Shown: positions 20,581-31,857, numbered from the stretch's first letter. The stretch: DNA of 64,000 bases from Spirochaetaceae bacterium (GCA_965226485.1 OZ245363.1:2170817-2234816); one strand, 5' to 3'. Notes: generated by a model not told the origin, from the letters alone. Translations and numbers: made by a program.

Positions 20581-20613
20581 CCTCTTTCCCCGCCTTAGAC
20601 CAAGGTGGGGGAG
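20581..20613 (+). terminator. Intergenic stem-loop (terminator or processing site)
   Basis: TCCCCGCCTT-agacc-AAGGTGGGGGA. Confidence 0.55.
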
Positions 20614-20629
20614 GTTCTGAATTTCTTTT

Positions 20630-20729
20630 AGGACTGTGTCAGAATGAGCCTTTGGTCCGCATGTGGCGTTGTCTGCCTGCAAACCAGATCCATCATTCTG
20701 ACCCACCCCCTGGATTCTGACACAGCCCC
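20630..20729 (+). mobile_element. MITE family copy with doubled right end
   Basis: GGACTGTGTCAGAAT...ATTCTGACCCACCCCCTGGATTCTGACACAGCCCC. Confidence 0.8.
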
Positions 20730-20831
20730 ACTGAGATTTCAGTGAGGATTAGGGAAAAGAGACTCCAGAGTTTGCTGGAGACCAAACCGATCAAAAAATT
20801 CGATTCCATAATGAGAAAATGAGAAAAATAT

Positions 20832-22985
20832 ATGCCTGATGATACAAATATTCAAAACGAAAATGCAAATTTTAGGGAAGCTCAGCGAATTGCGGAAGAA
20901 GCCGAAGGTGGTTCTCGGCATATAACGAGAGGCATAGGGAAATGGCTGGTGCCCTTGATCGCCGGGGCTTGGTCTATTTTTCAACTCCTTCTCCCAAGCT
21001 TCATTCTTTTGGAGAGTACCATCGTCCGGGCTATTCATCTGACCTTTGCCATTGTCCTTGTATTTCTAACTAATCCTATGCTGAAGAAAACCCGGAGAAG
21101 TAATTTCTCCAGATACCTTGGTATAAAGGGCCATATAACGGCACTTGACTACTTGACGGCTCTCATCGCTGGTGCAGCGGCGTTCTACTTGGCCTTTGAG
21201 CTGATTATGTCGCAGATAAACCCCAGCTACGCAGGTATAGCATCACGTCAGGGAATTCCGCTCCCTCGTGATGTGGTTTTTGGTGTTTTGCTCACCATTC
21301 TCCTCCTAGAGGCCGCTCGGCGTGCGTTAGGACCGGCCTTGGTCATAGTGGCGCTGTCCTTCATTGTTTACAGCTTCGTTGCATCTAAGATGCCTCTTGC
21401 ATTTAGTTTCAAGAGCGTTTCCATCACAAAATTCATCAGTAAGATGACCATGTCAACCGAGGGAATCTATGGGGTGCCGCTCTATGTGTCGGCGAACATC
21501 GTATTTCTATTTGTCCTGTTTGGTGCCCTACTCGAAAAGGCTGGTGCTGGGCGATATTTTGTTGATGTGGCTTTCAGTCTATTAGGGCGTTTTAGAGGCG
21601 GGCCGGCGAAGGCTGCCGTACTTGCAAGCGGCCTGACCGGTATGATTTCAGGGTCTAGTATCGCTAATACGGTTACCACCGGCACCTTCACCATTCCATT
21701 GATGAAGAAAGTCGGCTACCCTGACTACAAGGCTGGTGCCGTAGAGGTCGCCGTCTCCACCAATGGCCAGCTCATGCCGCCCATCATGGGGGCAGCGGCT
21801 TTTATAATCGCCGAAACTGTCAATATCCCCTATATCGAAGTTGTCAAGGCTGCCTTCATTCCGGCACTGATAAGCTATATAGCTCTTCTATACATAGTTC
21901 ATCTCGAGGCATCAAAACTTGGAATCCGAGGACTCACCAAGGATGAATTACCCCGCTTTCTCCCCACTTTTCTGAGCGGATTACATTTCCTTATACCCCT
22001 CACATTCCTTATTGTAGAACTTGTCATCTTCAGACATTCCCCAAATCTTGCGGCATTTCGGGCTATCATCGCTCTCGCATGCATCATTCCTCTCGAAAAT
22101 CTCTGGCGAGCCAGAAAAAAGGAAGGTCTGAAAGCCGGATGGAAGAAAGCCCTTCTTGAATCATGGAATCAGATATGGGGAGCCCTCGTTGCTGGCGGCA
22201 AGAACATGATGGGCATTGGTGTCGCCGTTGCGGCGGCCGGCATAATTGTCGGCGTGGTCACCTTCGGCTTGGGCGGCATCATCACCGAAGCCATCGAGTT
22301 CCTCGCCGGTGGACGGTTTTTCCTTATTCTCATTATAACGGCCATGGCATCCCTGCTACTGGGAATGGGGTTGCCAACAACAGCTACCTACATCGTCATG
22401 GCGGCTCTTACGGCTCCTGTAATCGTCGAACTTGGAGCCAAGAATGGGGTATTCTTTCCCCTTATCGCTGCCCATCTCTTCGTTTTCTTCTTTGGCATAT
22501 TAGCCGATGATACCCCGCCGGTAGGCCTGGCGGCTTTCGCAGCGTCAGCCATCGCAAGATCCAACCCCATGAAGACAGGTTTGCAGGGGTTTAGTTACGA
22601 CATACGCACGGCCATTCTCCCCTTCATTTTCATGTTTAACACAGACCTGCTACTCCACGAGGTGATTCGGCCTTCCTATGCTGTATGGGTGTTTTTCACA
22701 GCCATGTTTGCCATGTTTGCCTTTGCGAACTTTACCCTAGGCTTTATGCGAGTAGCCTTGAAGTGGTGGGAATACGCTGTATTGGCCTCTATATGCTTCG
22801 GTCTACTCATGCCAAAACTCATTGCAGTGAGACTCTTCAACCCGCTCTTCGGCAACGACAGCCCCTTTGCCACAGGCCGAGGAACCACAGTTCTTGTCGG
22901 AGTCATCGCATTGCTCATATATGCCCTAGTCTACGGTCGACAGTTATGGCGAGAAAAACGAATAACGGGTGTAGCCACCAGTTAA
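20832..22985 (+). CDS. TRAP transporter fused 4TM/12TM permease
   Basis: GGPAKAAV, SGSSIANTVTTG, QLMPPIMGAAAF, LGMGLPTTA, DDTPPVGLAA. Confidence 0.95.
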   Translation: MPDDTNIQNENANFREAQRIAEEAEGGSRHITRGIGKWLVPLIAGAWSIFQLLLPSFILLESTIVRAIHLTFAIVLVFLTNPMLKKTRRSNFSRYLGIKGHITALDYLTALIAGAAAFYLAFELIMSQINPSYAGIASRQGIPLPRDVVFGVLLTILLLEAARRALGPALVIVALSFIVYSFVASKMPLAFSFKSVSITKFISKMTMSTEGIYGVPLYVSANIVFLFVLFGALLEKAGAGRYFVDVAFSLLGRFRGGPAKAAVLASGLTGMISGSSIANTVTTGTFTIPLMKKVGYPDYKAGAVEVAVSTNGQLMPPIMGAAAFIIAETVNIPYIEVVKAAFIPALISYIALLYIVHLEASKLGIRGLTKDELPRFLPTFLSGLHFLIPLTFLIVELVIFRHSPNLAAFRAIIALACIIPLENLWRARKKEGLKAGWKKALLESWNQIWGALVAGGKNMMGIGVAVAAAGIIVGVVTFGLGGIITEAIEFLAGGRFFLILIITAMASLLLGMGLPTTATYIVMAALTAPVIVELGAKNGVFFPLIAAHLFVFFFGILADDTPPVGLAAFAASAIARSNPMKTGLQGFSYDIRTAILPFIFMFNTDLLLHEVIRPSYAVWVFFTAMFAMFAFANFTLGFMRVALKWWEYAVLASICFGLLMPKLIAVRLFNPLFGNDSPFATGRGTTVLVGVIALLIYALVYGRQLWREKRITGVATS

Positions 22986-22988
22986 TCA

Positions 22989-23780
22989 GTGACATTATTC
23001 CTCGACATTGATGGCACCATACTCAATTCAGAGCACCGTCTTCCTGATAGGGTAGCAGAATCAATAAAGAAACTGAACCGCTCTGGTGTATTGATTATCC
23101 TTGCCAGTGGGCGAATATGGAATTCCATCCAACCGCTCTACGACCGCTTGGAGCTTAGCGGTCCCTCAATTTGTTGCAATGGGGCACATATAACCGCCGA
23201 CCCCGATGGGCGATGTATCTATGAAAAAACTATGGATGACCAGGTAAGCCGCTCAGTCATCGCACGGCTCAGAAATCGGGGTTTGGAGTTTCTTGCTTTC
23301 AGAGACGGTGAGCTATTCTATGAGTTTAGGGCCAAGGAAATTGACAGCTATCACAAGCGAGTAAACATACCAGGAAAGATTGTTAATTTTGACAGTTTTA
23401 CAGAATTGAACATCACTAAGGCGGTTGCCCTTGCCGACCATGATCAACTCAGCCAGTTCAAGGACGAGATTGAAAAAGAATTCTCAGAAGAACATCTATA
23501 CGTCACTTATTCCTATCTGACATGCCTCGAAATACTTGCCGGCGGGGTGAACAAGGGCACCGGTATGATGGAAATCTGCCGAATTTGCGGCATAAAGCCG
23601 GAGGAAACCGCCGCTATCGGAGACGGGTGGAATGACCTGCCGCTCCTCAAAACAGCCGGTCAATCCTGGGTTATGGGAAATGCCCCACCGGAGCTTAAAT
23701 CAATGTTTCCCCCAGACCGCATTCTCCCCAATGCCGATGAAGATGGAGCGGTTCAAGCTATGGAGACCCTGCTGGCTTGA
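22989..23780 (+). CDS. Cof-type HAD-IIB hydrolase
   Basis: DIDGT, ASGR, VNKG, IGDGWND motifs. Confidence 0.92.
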   Translation: MTLFLDIDGTILNSEHRLPDRVAESIKKLNRSGVLIILASGRIWNSIQPLYDRLELSGPSICCNGAHITADPDGRCIYEKTMDDQVSRSVIARLRNRGLEFLAFRDGELFYEFRAKEIDSYHKRVNIPGKIVNFDSFTELNITKAVALADHDQLSQFKDEIEKEFSEEHLYVTYSYLTCLEILAGGVNKGTGMMEICRICGIKPEETAAIGDGWNDLPLLKTAGQSWVMGNAPPELKSMFPPDRILPNADEDGAVQAMETLLA

Positions 23781-24484
23781 ATGAATGGCTTAAAAGAGTG
23801 GATGTTGTCTTATGTCGTCCCGAAGGCTCGCTCAATGTCGGAGCCTGTTGCAGGGCGATGAAATCCATGGGTCTTACAAACCTCATATTGGTGTCACCGG
23901 GCACCTTTGACGACGAGGAAATCACGAAGATGGCCATTCATGCCCGGGATGTTTATGGGCGGTCTCGGAGGTGTGAATCATTACAAGAGGCATTGGCCGA
24001 ATCGACTCTGTCGGTAGGTGTAACTCGGCGCCGAGGTGTGAAGAGAAAATGGGTCAGCCTAATTCCCGAAGAGCTTGCCCTACGTGCATCCGAACTCGCT
24101 GGAGGAAGAATTGTCCTGGTATTTGGCAACGAACGGACCGGACTAACAGATGAAGAACTTGCTCACTGCAACCTCGCCTGCCACATTCCATCTTCACCAG
24201 ATTTTCCTTCTCTTAATCTGTCTCATGCGGTTCAGATTATCGCATCAACTTTCTGGAGACAGGCCGCAGGCGACAGGATAGGCCGATATGAACCGGTAAA
24301 CCGTGAAGAAATAACCGACCTGGTTAGGATAATACATGAATCCTTGGATACGATGGAATTCTTCAAAACCGCCGACAGATATTACACAGATCACTATTTT
24401 CGAGACATTCTTACCCGTGCCACCCTAAGCAAGAAAGAAGCCGACTACATGGCAAAGATTTTTCGCAAAATCCAGTATCTATAG
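23777..24484 (+). CDS. trmJ: TrmJ/TrmH-family (SPOUT) RNA methyltransferase
   Basis: NVGACCRAMKSMG, VFGNERTGL, SLNLSHAV. Confidence 0.85.
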   Translation: MNEWLKRVDVVLCRPEGSLNVGACCRAMKSMGLTNLILVSPGTFDDEEITKMAIHARDVYGRSRRCESLQEALAESTLSVGVTRRRGVKRKWVSLIPEELALRASELAGGRIVLVFGNERTGLTDEELAHCNLACHIPSSPDFPSLNLSHAVQIIASTFWRQAAGDRIGRYEPVNREEITDLVRIIHESLDTMEFFKTADRYYTDHYFRDILTRATLSKKEADYMAKIFRKIQYL

Positions 24485-24506
24485 AGTACTCATCACAACA
24501 GCCACC

Positions 24507-27014
24507 CTATACGACGAAGTTAACAAGGCGTTCCGGCACGATTATGAGTTTCTTGATTTTCTTGCCAGACAACCACTTGTTAAGATGCTCATCTGATCGA
24601 GCGAGTTTCTCTAACTCTTCTTCTGAGGTGCCGGCTGAGACAGTTATCTTAGACCTAACCTTTCCGTTAATCTGCAAGACGATTTCCTTTTCGTCATCAA
24701 AGGTAAGAGATTCATCCCATTGAGGATAGCTCTCATAAGCTAGGCTTTCTTGATGTCCAAGCATACGCCACATCTCTTCACCAAGATGGGGCGCATAAGG
24801 AGAAATGGCCAGGACGAAGGGCTCCCAGAGCTTTTTCAGGCATCTTGCTTCCTGATACAACTCATTGATGAAGATCATCATCTGGGCGATGGCGGTATTA
24901 AAATTCAAGGTAGAAGTGTCCTCTCCGACCTTCTTCAATGTCTTGTGCAGAAGCTTTTTCAAGCTCAGGGGCGGCTCATCATCGGTAATCGGCCGTTCGG
25001 CAATGGCCCATACCCGGTTGAGAAATCGATGGACTCCGATGAGACCTTGGGTTTGCCAAGGCATTGAAACCTCAAGGGGCCCCATAAACATTTCGTACAT
25101 CCTCATGGAATCAGCACCGAATTTCTGAATTATCTCATCAGGGTTGATGACATTCTTCAAAGTCTTGGACATTTTGGCGGTAACTTGTTCCAATTCCTTG
25201 CCAGTTGCCGTTTCAATATATCTTCCTCCCGAAAAGGTCACCTCATCGGTGGGGACGAAGGTCTTATCAGCACGAATATAGGCGAAAGAGGTAATCATTC
25301 CCTGGTTGATGAGACGAGTGAAGGGTTCGGAAGTGGACACCAAGTCCAGATCGCGGAGAACTTTGTGCCAAAACCGGGCATAAAGCAGGTGAAGAACCGC
25401 ATGTTCCGCTCCGCCGATGTAGAGGTCAACAGGCATCCAGTATCGTTCCTTTTCCGCATCGACAAATGCGTTTTTGTTTTCCGGATCGATATATCGGAGG
25501 TAGTACCAGCATGAACCGGCCCACTGCGGCATTGTGTTCGTTTCACGTTTCGCTTCTTTGCCGCAGGAAGGGCAGAGACAGTTCACCCAGTGGGAGATTT
25601 CAGCCAGTGGGCTCTCGCCAGTGCCTGTCGGTTCATATCTCTCTACCTCAGGCAAAGTGAGGGGTAGCTCATCTTCGGGCACCGGAACTATCCGGCAGCT
25701 GGGACAGTGAACCAGAGGGATAGGTTCTCCCCAGTAGCGCTGGCGGCTGAATATCCAGTCCCTGAGTCTATAATTAACCGTTTTATAGCCCTTCTTATCG
25801 GCTTGAAGCCGCTCAATTATGACATCTATGGCCTCCTGCTTGCCCAGGCCGTTCAGATAGTCTGAGTTTATATGAGGACCATCACCAACAAAGGCCTCTT
25901 TGCTGATGTCTCCCCCCTGAAGAACTTCGATAATAGGAAGATTGAATTTTCTGGCAAATTCCCAGTCTCGCTGATCATGCCCCGGAACAGCCATAATGCT
26001 GCCAGTTCCGTAGGAAAGAAGGATATAGTCCGATATCCAGATGGGTATTTCCTTGTCATTTACAGGGTTTATGGCATATGCACCGGTGAACACCCCTGTC
26101 TTCTCCTTGGACAAATCCGTGCGTTCCAGGTCACTCTTATAACGGGCCGCCTGGATATAATCCTCGACTGCCGATTTTCTATCAGCAGTACATATCTTCT
26201 TTACAAGAGGATGTTCAGGGGCAAGGACCATGTAGGTGGCACCAAAGAGGGTGTCAGGTCGGGTTGTATAGACTTCCAGATGCTCGGCGACATCACCAGC
26301 GAGGCTGAAAATGACATTGGCCCCTTCAGAGCGACCAATCCAATTGCGCTGCATGGCCTTGATCGATTGCGGCCAGTCAAGGTCTTCCAAATCATTAAGC
26401 AGTTCCTCTGCATAGACGGTGATCTTCAGCACCCACTGGCGGATGTTCCGTCTTTCCACCAATTGCCCGCAACGCTCGCATTTGCCTTCTTTGACTTCCT
26501 CATTCGCCAAGCCGGTTTTGCAACTAGAACACCAGTTAATTGGCATCTTTGCCTCATACGCCAGCCCCTTCTTGTAGAGTTGGAGGAATATCCACTGGGT
26601 CCATCGATAATACTCCGAAGTATGGGTTTGAACCTCCCTGTCCCAATCATAGCTAAACCCCAGACTCTTTATCTGTTTAGTAAAATGCTTGATATTGAAC
26701 TCGGTCGTACTTCGCGGAGGCTTGCCGGTTCTGATAGCATAGTTCTCCGCAGGCAGTCCGAAAGAATCAAATCCCATAGGATGAAGCACCGAGAATCCTT
26801 TCATCCGCAGGTAGCGACAATAGATATCGGTGGCGGTGTACCCCTCAGGGTGGCCTACATGCAAACCAGCACCTGAAGGATAGGGGAACATATCGAGGAC
26901 ATACCGTCGCCTTTCTTGAGGTACAAGGGGATCTTCCTCTACCTTAAAGGTTTTGTTTTCTTCCCAATATCCTTGCCACCGGGATTCTATCTCTCTAAAT
27001 GGATAATTCTTCAT
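24507..27014 (-). CDS. leuS: Leucine--tRNA ligase
   Basis: [30 protein letters not shown]. Confidence 0.98.
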   Translation of the reverse strand: MKNYPFREIESRWQGYWEENKTFKVEEDPLVPQERRRYVLDMFPYPSGAGLHVGHPEGYTATDIYCRYLRMKGFSVLHPMGFDSFGLPAENYAIRTGKPPRSTTEFNIKHFTKQIKSLGFSYDWDREVQTHTSEYYRWTQWIFLQLYKKGLAYEAKMPINWCSSCKTGLANEEVKEGKCERCGQLVERRNIRQWVLKITVYAEELLNDLEDLDWPQSIKAMQRNWIGRSEGANVIFSLAGDVAEHLEVYTTRPDTLFGATYMVLAPEHPLVKKICTADRKSAVEDYIQAARYKSDLERTDLSKEKTGVFTGAYAINPVNDKEIPIWISDYILLSYGTGSIMAVPGHDQRDWEFARKFNLPIIEVLQGGDISKEAFVGDGPHINSDYLNGLGKQEAIDVIIERLQADKKGYKTVNYRLRDWIFSRQRYWGEPIPLVHCPSCRIVPVPEDELPLTLPEVERYEPTGTGESPLAEISHWVNCLCPSCGKEAKRETNTMPQWAGSCWYYLRYIDPENKNAFVDAEKERYWMPVDLYIGGAEHAVLHLLYARFWHKVLRDLDLVSTSEPFTRLINQGMITSFAYIRADKTFVPTDEVTFSGGRYIETATGKELEQVTAKMSKTLKNVINPDEIIQKFGADSMRMYEMFMGPLEVSMPWQTQGLIGVHRFLNRVWAIAERPITDDEPPLSLKKLLHKTLKKVGEDTSTLNFNTAIAQMMIFINELYQEARCLKKLWEPFVLAISPYAPHLGEEMWRMLGHQESLAYESYPQWDESLTFDDEKEIVLQINGKVRSKITVSAGTSEEELEKLARSDEHLNKWLSGKKIKKLIIVPERLVNFVV

Positions 27015-27111
27015 AAATGATATAATAGCGATTTACATGGTTCCTGTAAAACATAATGACCATATTTCAAAGGATCATTGATGCATCGAACCTTATTTCG
27101 TGAAGAAATTC

Positions 27112-28701
27112 TCAATATCCATCAGAAAGAGTTCGGTTTATATCCTTCTTGTACAAAGTATCATACACAAATCCCCGGTTTCGCAACTCATCTTTCACCG
27201 ATTGAAGAAATGGGATATATCGCCAAAAAATACTGCGGACTTCTTTGTCCAACCGCTGAACACCTTCCACTTCCTTGGTAACCCAGAGAACATAATCGTC
27301 AAGAAACTGTAGTCTCACTTCGCCTTTGCCATTATTCTTGTCGAAATACTGAAGGTATTCACCTGTCAACCCTTCTTCCATCCAATACTGGGCCGCACTC
27401 TCCTTCGCGACATGCCATCTAAGATCGCCTAAAGCATAGATTACCGCAAGTTCAACATCTTTCGGGAACATTGGTACCGCAATTCTCCCCCGGCTCATCG
27501 CTCGTTTAGTGAATTCGAAGGGCTCCCAACAAATACCTCTGTCACCAAAACATGGCACTATGATTGTATGAGGGACGATACGCATCGTCCTTCTCTTGAA
27601 TGTTCTTTTAAATACGCTATTATCAATTTTCTCAATTTCCGCCATACAGCGTATTACATTTTCTCGCGTTGCAACACGACTGATATTCGAACACATAAAT
27701 CCCTTAGTGAGGAAGGGAAAATGGTTGCCTTGGCGGCCTATACACAGCTTGATAATTTGTCGCAAGCTAGATAACTCATCCTGAACAAGCGATGTATCAT
27801 GGATGTTGCTTTCTTCTATTTGCTCCATCTCATCTTTAATCTTATCGACCTGTCGGTTCGCATCCGTCATTTTCTCTATGCCACTGACAATCTCATTATT
27901 AAGCCTATCTAATTCCTGGAGTTGCCCTATCGCACTCTTCAAAGCTCGCTGTTGATCAGTGTCATAGGTATCTTGGATATTCGGAAAGACAGGATGTGGC
28001 CCATGAGTGAGAATCATCCGAATTCCATCCTCAAGCCTTGATTCAATACCCTCTCGCTTAAGTATTAAGGTATTAACGAGAGAAAATATTGCCTCCTTGT
28101 CCCCTTGGGCCTTATTTAATCTATTCTTCTTTCTGGATTCATTAAGTCCTTTTGAAATTCGCAATTCATCGCTTGCCAAGGGATTTACTTTGCCATCGAT
28201 AATCAGATCCATCCACTCGTCTAAATAATGAATGGGTTCATCAAACCCTTTCCCGGTGATGATCATGGCTATCATGGTTCGCTGTTCATTGTTCAATAAG
28301 GTTGGTAATAAATATGCGTAACGTAAAGCCCACCTTTTCTCAATATTACTACCTCGAAAATTTTTAGCAAGATGTTCAAAAAGAGATCCCCAACTGCCTA
28401 CCAACTGCTGTCTATATACACCCTTCTGTCTAGGATCTGTTTCTCTCAGAAATTTCTGAAGAAGGGAATGGATTTGCTGGGAAATATCTCCTCCACCAGT
28501 GAGTACTTTTGAATAAAATTCCTCCCTCAGCAATACCGGATCAGGTGTTTGCTCAAATTGATCAATTTTTGGGAATTCTTGCGCCAAAAAATTTTCAATC
28601 AAATCAGACTGATCTGTGTCGTCATTGATACTAGGCAACTCTATCTCACCTAAGGGAACATCGTTTAACAGTGCATCAAGTTCTGGATCAAGTGTACTCA
28701 T
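27112..28701 (-). CDS. Hypothetical protein (coiled-coil middle, conserved-looking C-terminal domain)
   Basis: 529-aa ORF co-oriented with leuS, normal composition; no motif recognised. Confidence 0.75.
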   Translation of the reverse strand: MSTLDPELDALLNDVPLGEIELPSINDDTDQSDLIENFLAQEFPKIDQFEQTPDPVLLREEFYSKVLTGGGDISQQIHSLLQKFLRETDPRQKGVYRQQLVGSWGSLFEHLAKNFRGSNIEKRWALRYAYLLPTLLNNEQRTMIAMIITGKGFDEPIHYLDEWMDLIIDGKVNPLASDELRISKGLNESRKKNRLNKAQGDKEAIFSLVNTLILKREGIESRLEDGIRMILTHGPHPVFPNIQDTYDTDQQRALKSAIGQLQELDRLNNEIVSGIEKMTDANRQVDKIKDEMEQIEESNIHDTSLVQDELSSLRQIIKLCIGRQGNHFPFLTKGFMCSNISRVATRENVIRCMAEIEKIDNSVFKRTFKRRTMRIVPHTIIVPCFGDRGICWEPFEFTKRAMSRGRIAVPMFPKDVELAVIYALGDLRWHVAKESAAQYWMEEGLTGEYLQYFDKNNGKGEVRLQFLDDYVLWVTKEVEGVQRLDKEVRSIFWRYIPFLQSVKDELRNRGFVYDTLYKKDINRTLSDGY

Positions 28702-28857
28702 AAATGGATTAACTTCGCCGTAATAAGAAAGATTGAAAGGAAAGGAGCCCTGTGCGTCTGTCGGACCTATGTCTCACAATTCGATTTCTGCCCTTTCTCT
28801 TCAGTCGCATGCCTCTTTCACTGCATACTCCTTCCGAGCCGCCTTTGTTCGTTTTCC

Positions 28858-28958
28858 GGGGCTGTGCCAGAATGCACCTTTGGCCCGCATGTGGCGTTGC
28901 CTTGCCTGCAAACCAAATCCGTCATTCTGACCCAGCCCCTGGATTCTGACACAGCCCC
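28858..28958 (+). mobile_element. MITE family copy with doubled right end
   Basis: GGGGCTGTGCCAGAAT...ATTCTGACCCAGCCCCTGGATTCTGACACAGCCCC. Confidence 0.8.
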
Positions 28959-29296
28959 GGGCGGGGGATGAGCCCAACGGGCCCCCTCTTCTTCGCTATC
29001 GTTTAAGCTACGCTGAAGGTTTTGCCGCCTTGTTTCAGGAATAAATCATCAGAAATCGCCTCGAACACTCAATGTCCGACAGACTCCTAGAATAAATAGT
29101 CGCTAATTCACAGAGTTCCTCATACCTGATGGTGCTATTATACACTCCGAGAGCCTTCTCCACAACTATTTTTGAAAAGATATGATTAGGGAACACTTCC
29201 CCAATGCCCTACTCTGGTAGTCTGCTAACCGGCTCATTGCCAATCGGCGGGGGGAGTAGCGATATTTCCGCTACAATTCCTTGTGCCTATGTCATT

Positions 29297-29669
29297 GGCT
29301 CTTTGAACTACCTTATGGAATAAGATGGAAATAAAGTACTATTTGAAAATGGATGCTAGAGAGCCATATCAGCAAATACATGGAATTGTTACTAGGCCCT
29401 GATCTAAGCATAGACAATGATTGTGTGCATATATATCTGGAATGGCCGCAAGGGAAGTCGGCATTTGCCCAGAATGCGGTACTGTCTGCAAAATTCATGA
29501 CGGAAGAGAAGAGCGGACGTGGAGACATTTGGATACCTGTCAATTAAAGACGTATATTCACGGTCAAATTTCCCGAGTGAAATGTCCTGAATATAAAACC
29601 AAGACGATGAATATTCCATGGGCAAAAGAGACAAGCCGATTCACAGCACAGTTTCAAGCAGTGGCAATT
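29297..29669 (+). pseudogene. ISL3-family remnant (left end plus frameshifted, truncated transposase N-terminus)
   Basis: GGCTCT end; CPECG...HDGREERTWRHLDTCQ...IPWA..SRFT (zf-ISL3 type) split over frames. Confidence 0.8.
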
Positions 29670-29775
29670 GTCCTTATTCCTTCAATACAGAGGAATAAGA
29701 ACAATAATTATGTACAGTCGTTAAATATCATTAGACAAATAAAGCATTACAAATACAATTAACAAAAGGACGCTG

Positions 29776-30716
29776 ATGAAAACAATAGTAGATGACCAGA
29801 ATCACACACACTACAAGCTTCGACTCAGCGAGGTAGAAAAACCTGTGCCAAATGACAGTGAAGTTTTGTTGGAAGTTTTATCTACATCGCTAAATGCAGC
29901 GGACTACCGTTCAATGAAAATGGGGATAATTTCAAGGAAAAAGATAGTCGGATCTGCGGTATCAGGTAGAATAGAATCAGTTGGTAAAAACATCCAATAT
30001 TTCAAACCAGGTGATGAAGTAATCGGAGACCTTACAGATTTCGGATTTGGAGGATTAGCCGAATTCGCTGTAGCTCCTGAAAAAGCGTTCACTCACAAAC
30101 CTTCAAATGTTTCCTTTGAAGATGCTGCAACATTGCCTGTAGTAGCAATAACGGCACTGAAAGCACTGCGAGATAAAGGCAACATTCAAGATGGAAACGA
30201 TGTGTTAATTGTCGGTAGTACGGGCGGTGTTGGCAGCTATGCCTTGCAACTAGGCAAATGTTTTGGTGCAAATGTGACTGCAGTATGCAGTTCTAAAAAC
30301 ATGGAGCAAACAACTTCTTTGGGAGCAGATAAAGTAATAGACTATACAAAAAATGATTTTACAAAAAGTAGCGTTCGCTACGATCTCATTGTGGCAATCA
30401 ACGGCAATTATCCATTATTAGGTTACAGACGCATTCTACATTCAAAGGGCATATATGTTATGGTAGGCGGTACGCTTACCCAGATTTTTAAATCTATATT
30501 TTTCGGTTGGTTATTATCTTTTAGAGGAAATAAAATAAAAAATCTTTCTGCGAAATCTGATTCAAAAGACCTAGAGTACATTTCAAAACTCTTGAATGAA
30601 AATAAATAATGAAAGTCATTAATAAGCGTTACTCACTTGACAAGTCAGCAGAAGCAATGGATTATTTAAGTAAAGGACACTCGCCCGGCAAAGTGATTAT
30701 AAATGTTCAAAAATAA
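29776..30716 (+). pseudogene. NAD(P)-dependent alcohol dehydrogenase / quinone reductase (MDR family), frameshifted near the C-terminus
   Basis: SLNAAD, GSTGGVGSYALQL, LGADKVIDY; the tail KVINKRYSLDKSAEAMDYLSKGHSPGKVII is in another frame after 30609. Confidence 0.8.
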
Positions 30717-30769
30717 TAACGAATGTCCAACAAGACCTAGACTGCATTAGAACTCAACTTAACCAGAAC

Positions 30770-31026
30770 AAAAGAAGGAAAAGAAGCAGAGGAATTGTAT
30801 AATCAAGCCTTTGACAAATTCCAAAAAATATTGAATACGGGGCAATTTCCTGTAATCTTTTATGTATTTTTTCTTATAAGGGAGAAAAAGAACATGGTTT
30901 AAAATATTTGGATATTAGTCTCTCCAAAGATGAAATAATGTAGATTTTGTTCAAAAAAATGAAGATTGGAGATCCTTTCTTGAAGATAGTGATTTTATTA
31001 AGCTGATAAAACAGCATGTAAAATGA
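30770..31026 (+). pseudogene. C-terminal fragment of a TPR protein, multiply frameshifted
   Basis: GKEAEELYNQAFDKFQK / IEYGAISCNLLCIFSYKGEKEHGLKYLDISLSK / DFVQKNEDWRSFLEDSDFIKLI in successive frames. Confidence 0.5.
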
Positions 31027-31157
31027 AGCACGAAAGCACAGTATTTTGTATAAGTAATGGCAGGTAAAGAGGCAACTATTAAGATTTATAGCCTGCCAAA
31101 ACTGCATAGTGGTTTGACAGGAAACTAGTACTAGTCATATAATTTTCCGTTGAGGAT
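31026..31157 (+). repeat. attC-like site (degenerate)
   Basis: AAGCACGAAAGCAC..GTATAAGTAATGGCAGG ... CCTGCCA ... CATATAATTTTCC-GTTGAGG. Confidence 0.5.
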
Positions 31158-31176
31158 ATAAAAAAATAAAAAAACT

Positions 31177-31372
31177 GCATAACAAATCGTTGCACCTGAC
31201 ATCTTTCCGCTTTACTCAACAATGCAACTGAACTCAGCGATATGCAGAGAACTGCAATTGATGATTTTCTTGAGTAAAGGAAGCAAAAATGGTAAAAGAA
31301 AATATAAACAGTGGTTCTTATCCCTTCAATTCAGAGGTATAAGAACAATAATTATACACAGTCGTTGTATGC
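31177..31372 (+). repeat. 196-bp ORF-less attC-like unit, copy 1
   Basis: GCATAAC...GTTGTATGC; internal IRs CTTTACTCAA/TTGAGTAAAG and GTTCTTAT/ATAAGAAC; second copy 33263-33458, partial copy 29670-29728. Confidence 0.75.
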
Positions 31373-31412
31373 AATGTAAAATAACTGACAACCGTAACTT
31401 AATTGGAATAAT

Positions 31413-31784
31413 ATGAGCGGAAAAGCGGAATTTAAAAATGCGGACGAATATTTTGATGCCCAACCCGAAAATGTCAAAAAAATTCTTTTGGAATTAAAGG
31501 AATGTATTCTCAAAGCAGAACCAAATGCAACGGAACTGTTGAATTATAACATTCCTGCTTATGCTTTAGTCGAAAATGGAAAAAGGGAACAGCAGATTAT
31601 GATAGCGGGATATAAAAAACACGTTGGACTTTATCCACACCCAACGACTATGGAAAAATTCGACTCGGAATTGAAAGAATATAAACGAGCCAAAGGTTCG
31701 GTTCAGTTCCCATTAGACAAACCATTGCCGAAAGAACTGATTATCCGAATGATTAAGTATCGAATTGAACTATTAAAAGAGTAA
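31413..31784 (+). CDS. DUF1801/YdhG-like protein (cassette)
   Basis: DEYFDAQP, NYNIPAY, HVGLYP, KGSVQFPLDKPLPKELI. Confidence 0.85.
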   Translation: MSGKAEFKNADEYFDAQPENVKKILLELKECILKAEPNATELLNYNIPAYALVENGKREQQIMIAGYKKHVGLYPHPTTMEKFDSELKEYKRAKGSVQFPLDKPLPKELIIRMIKYRIELLKE

Positions 31785-31793
31785 AAAGACACT

Positions 31794-31857
31794 ACATACA
31801 ACAAAACCTATACGCAATACCCTTCGGGATAGTGCGCATAGGCAAACCGTTGGGTAC
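31794..31857 (+). repeat. attC-like site
   Basis: CATACAAC ... CCTATACGCA-loop-TGCGCATAGG ... GTTGGGTAC directly after a stop codon. Confidence 0.75.

Noticed and set aside
25872-26876. 334-aa plus-strand ORF
   Set aside because: Antisense shadow of leuS; the same applies to shadows over fabV, trpS, yej genes and istA
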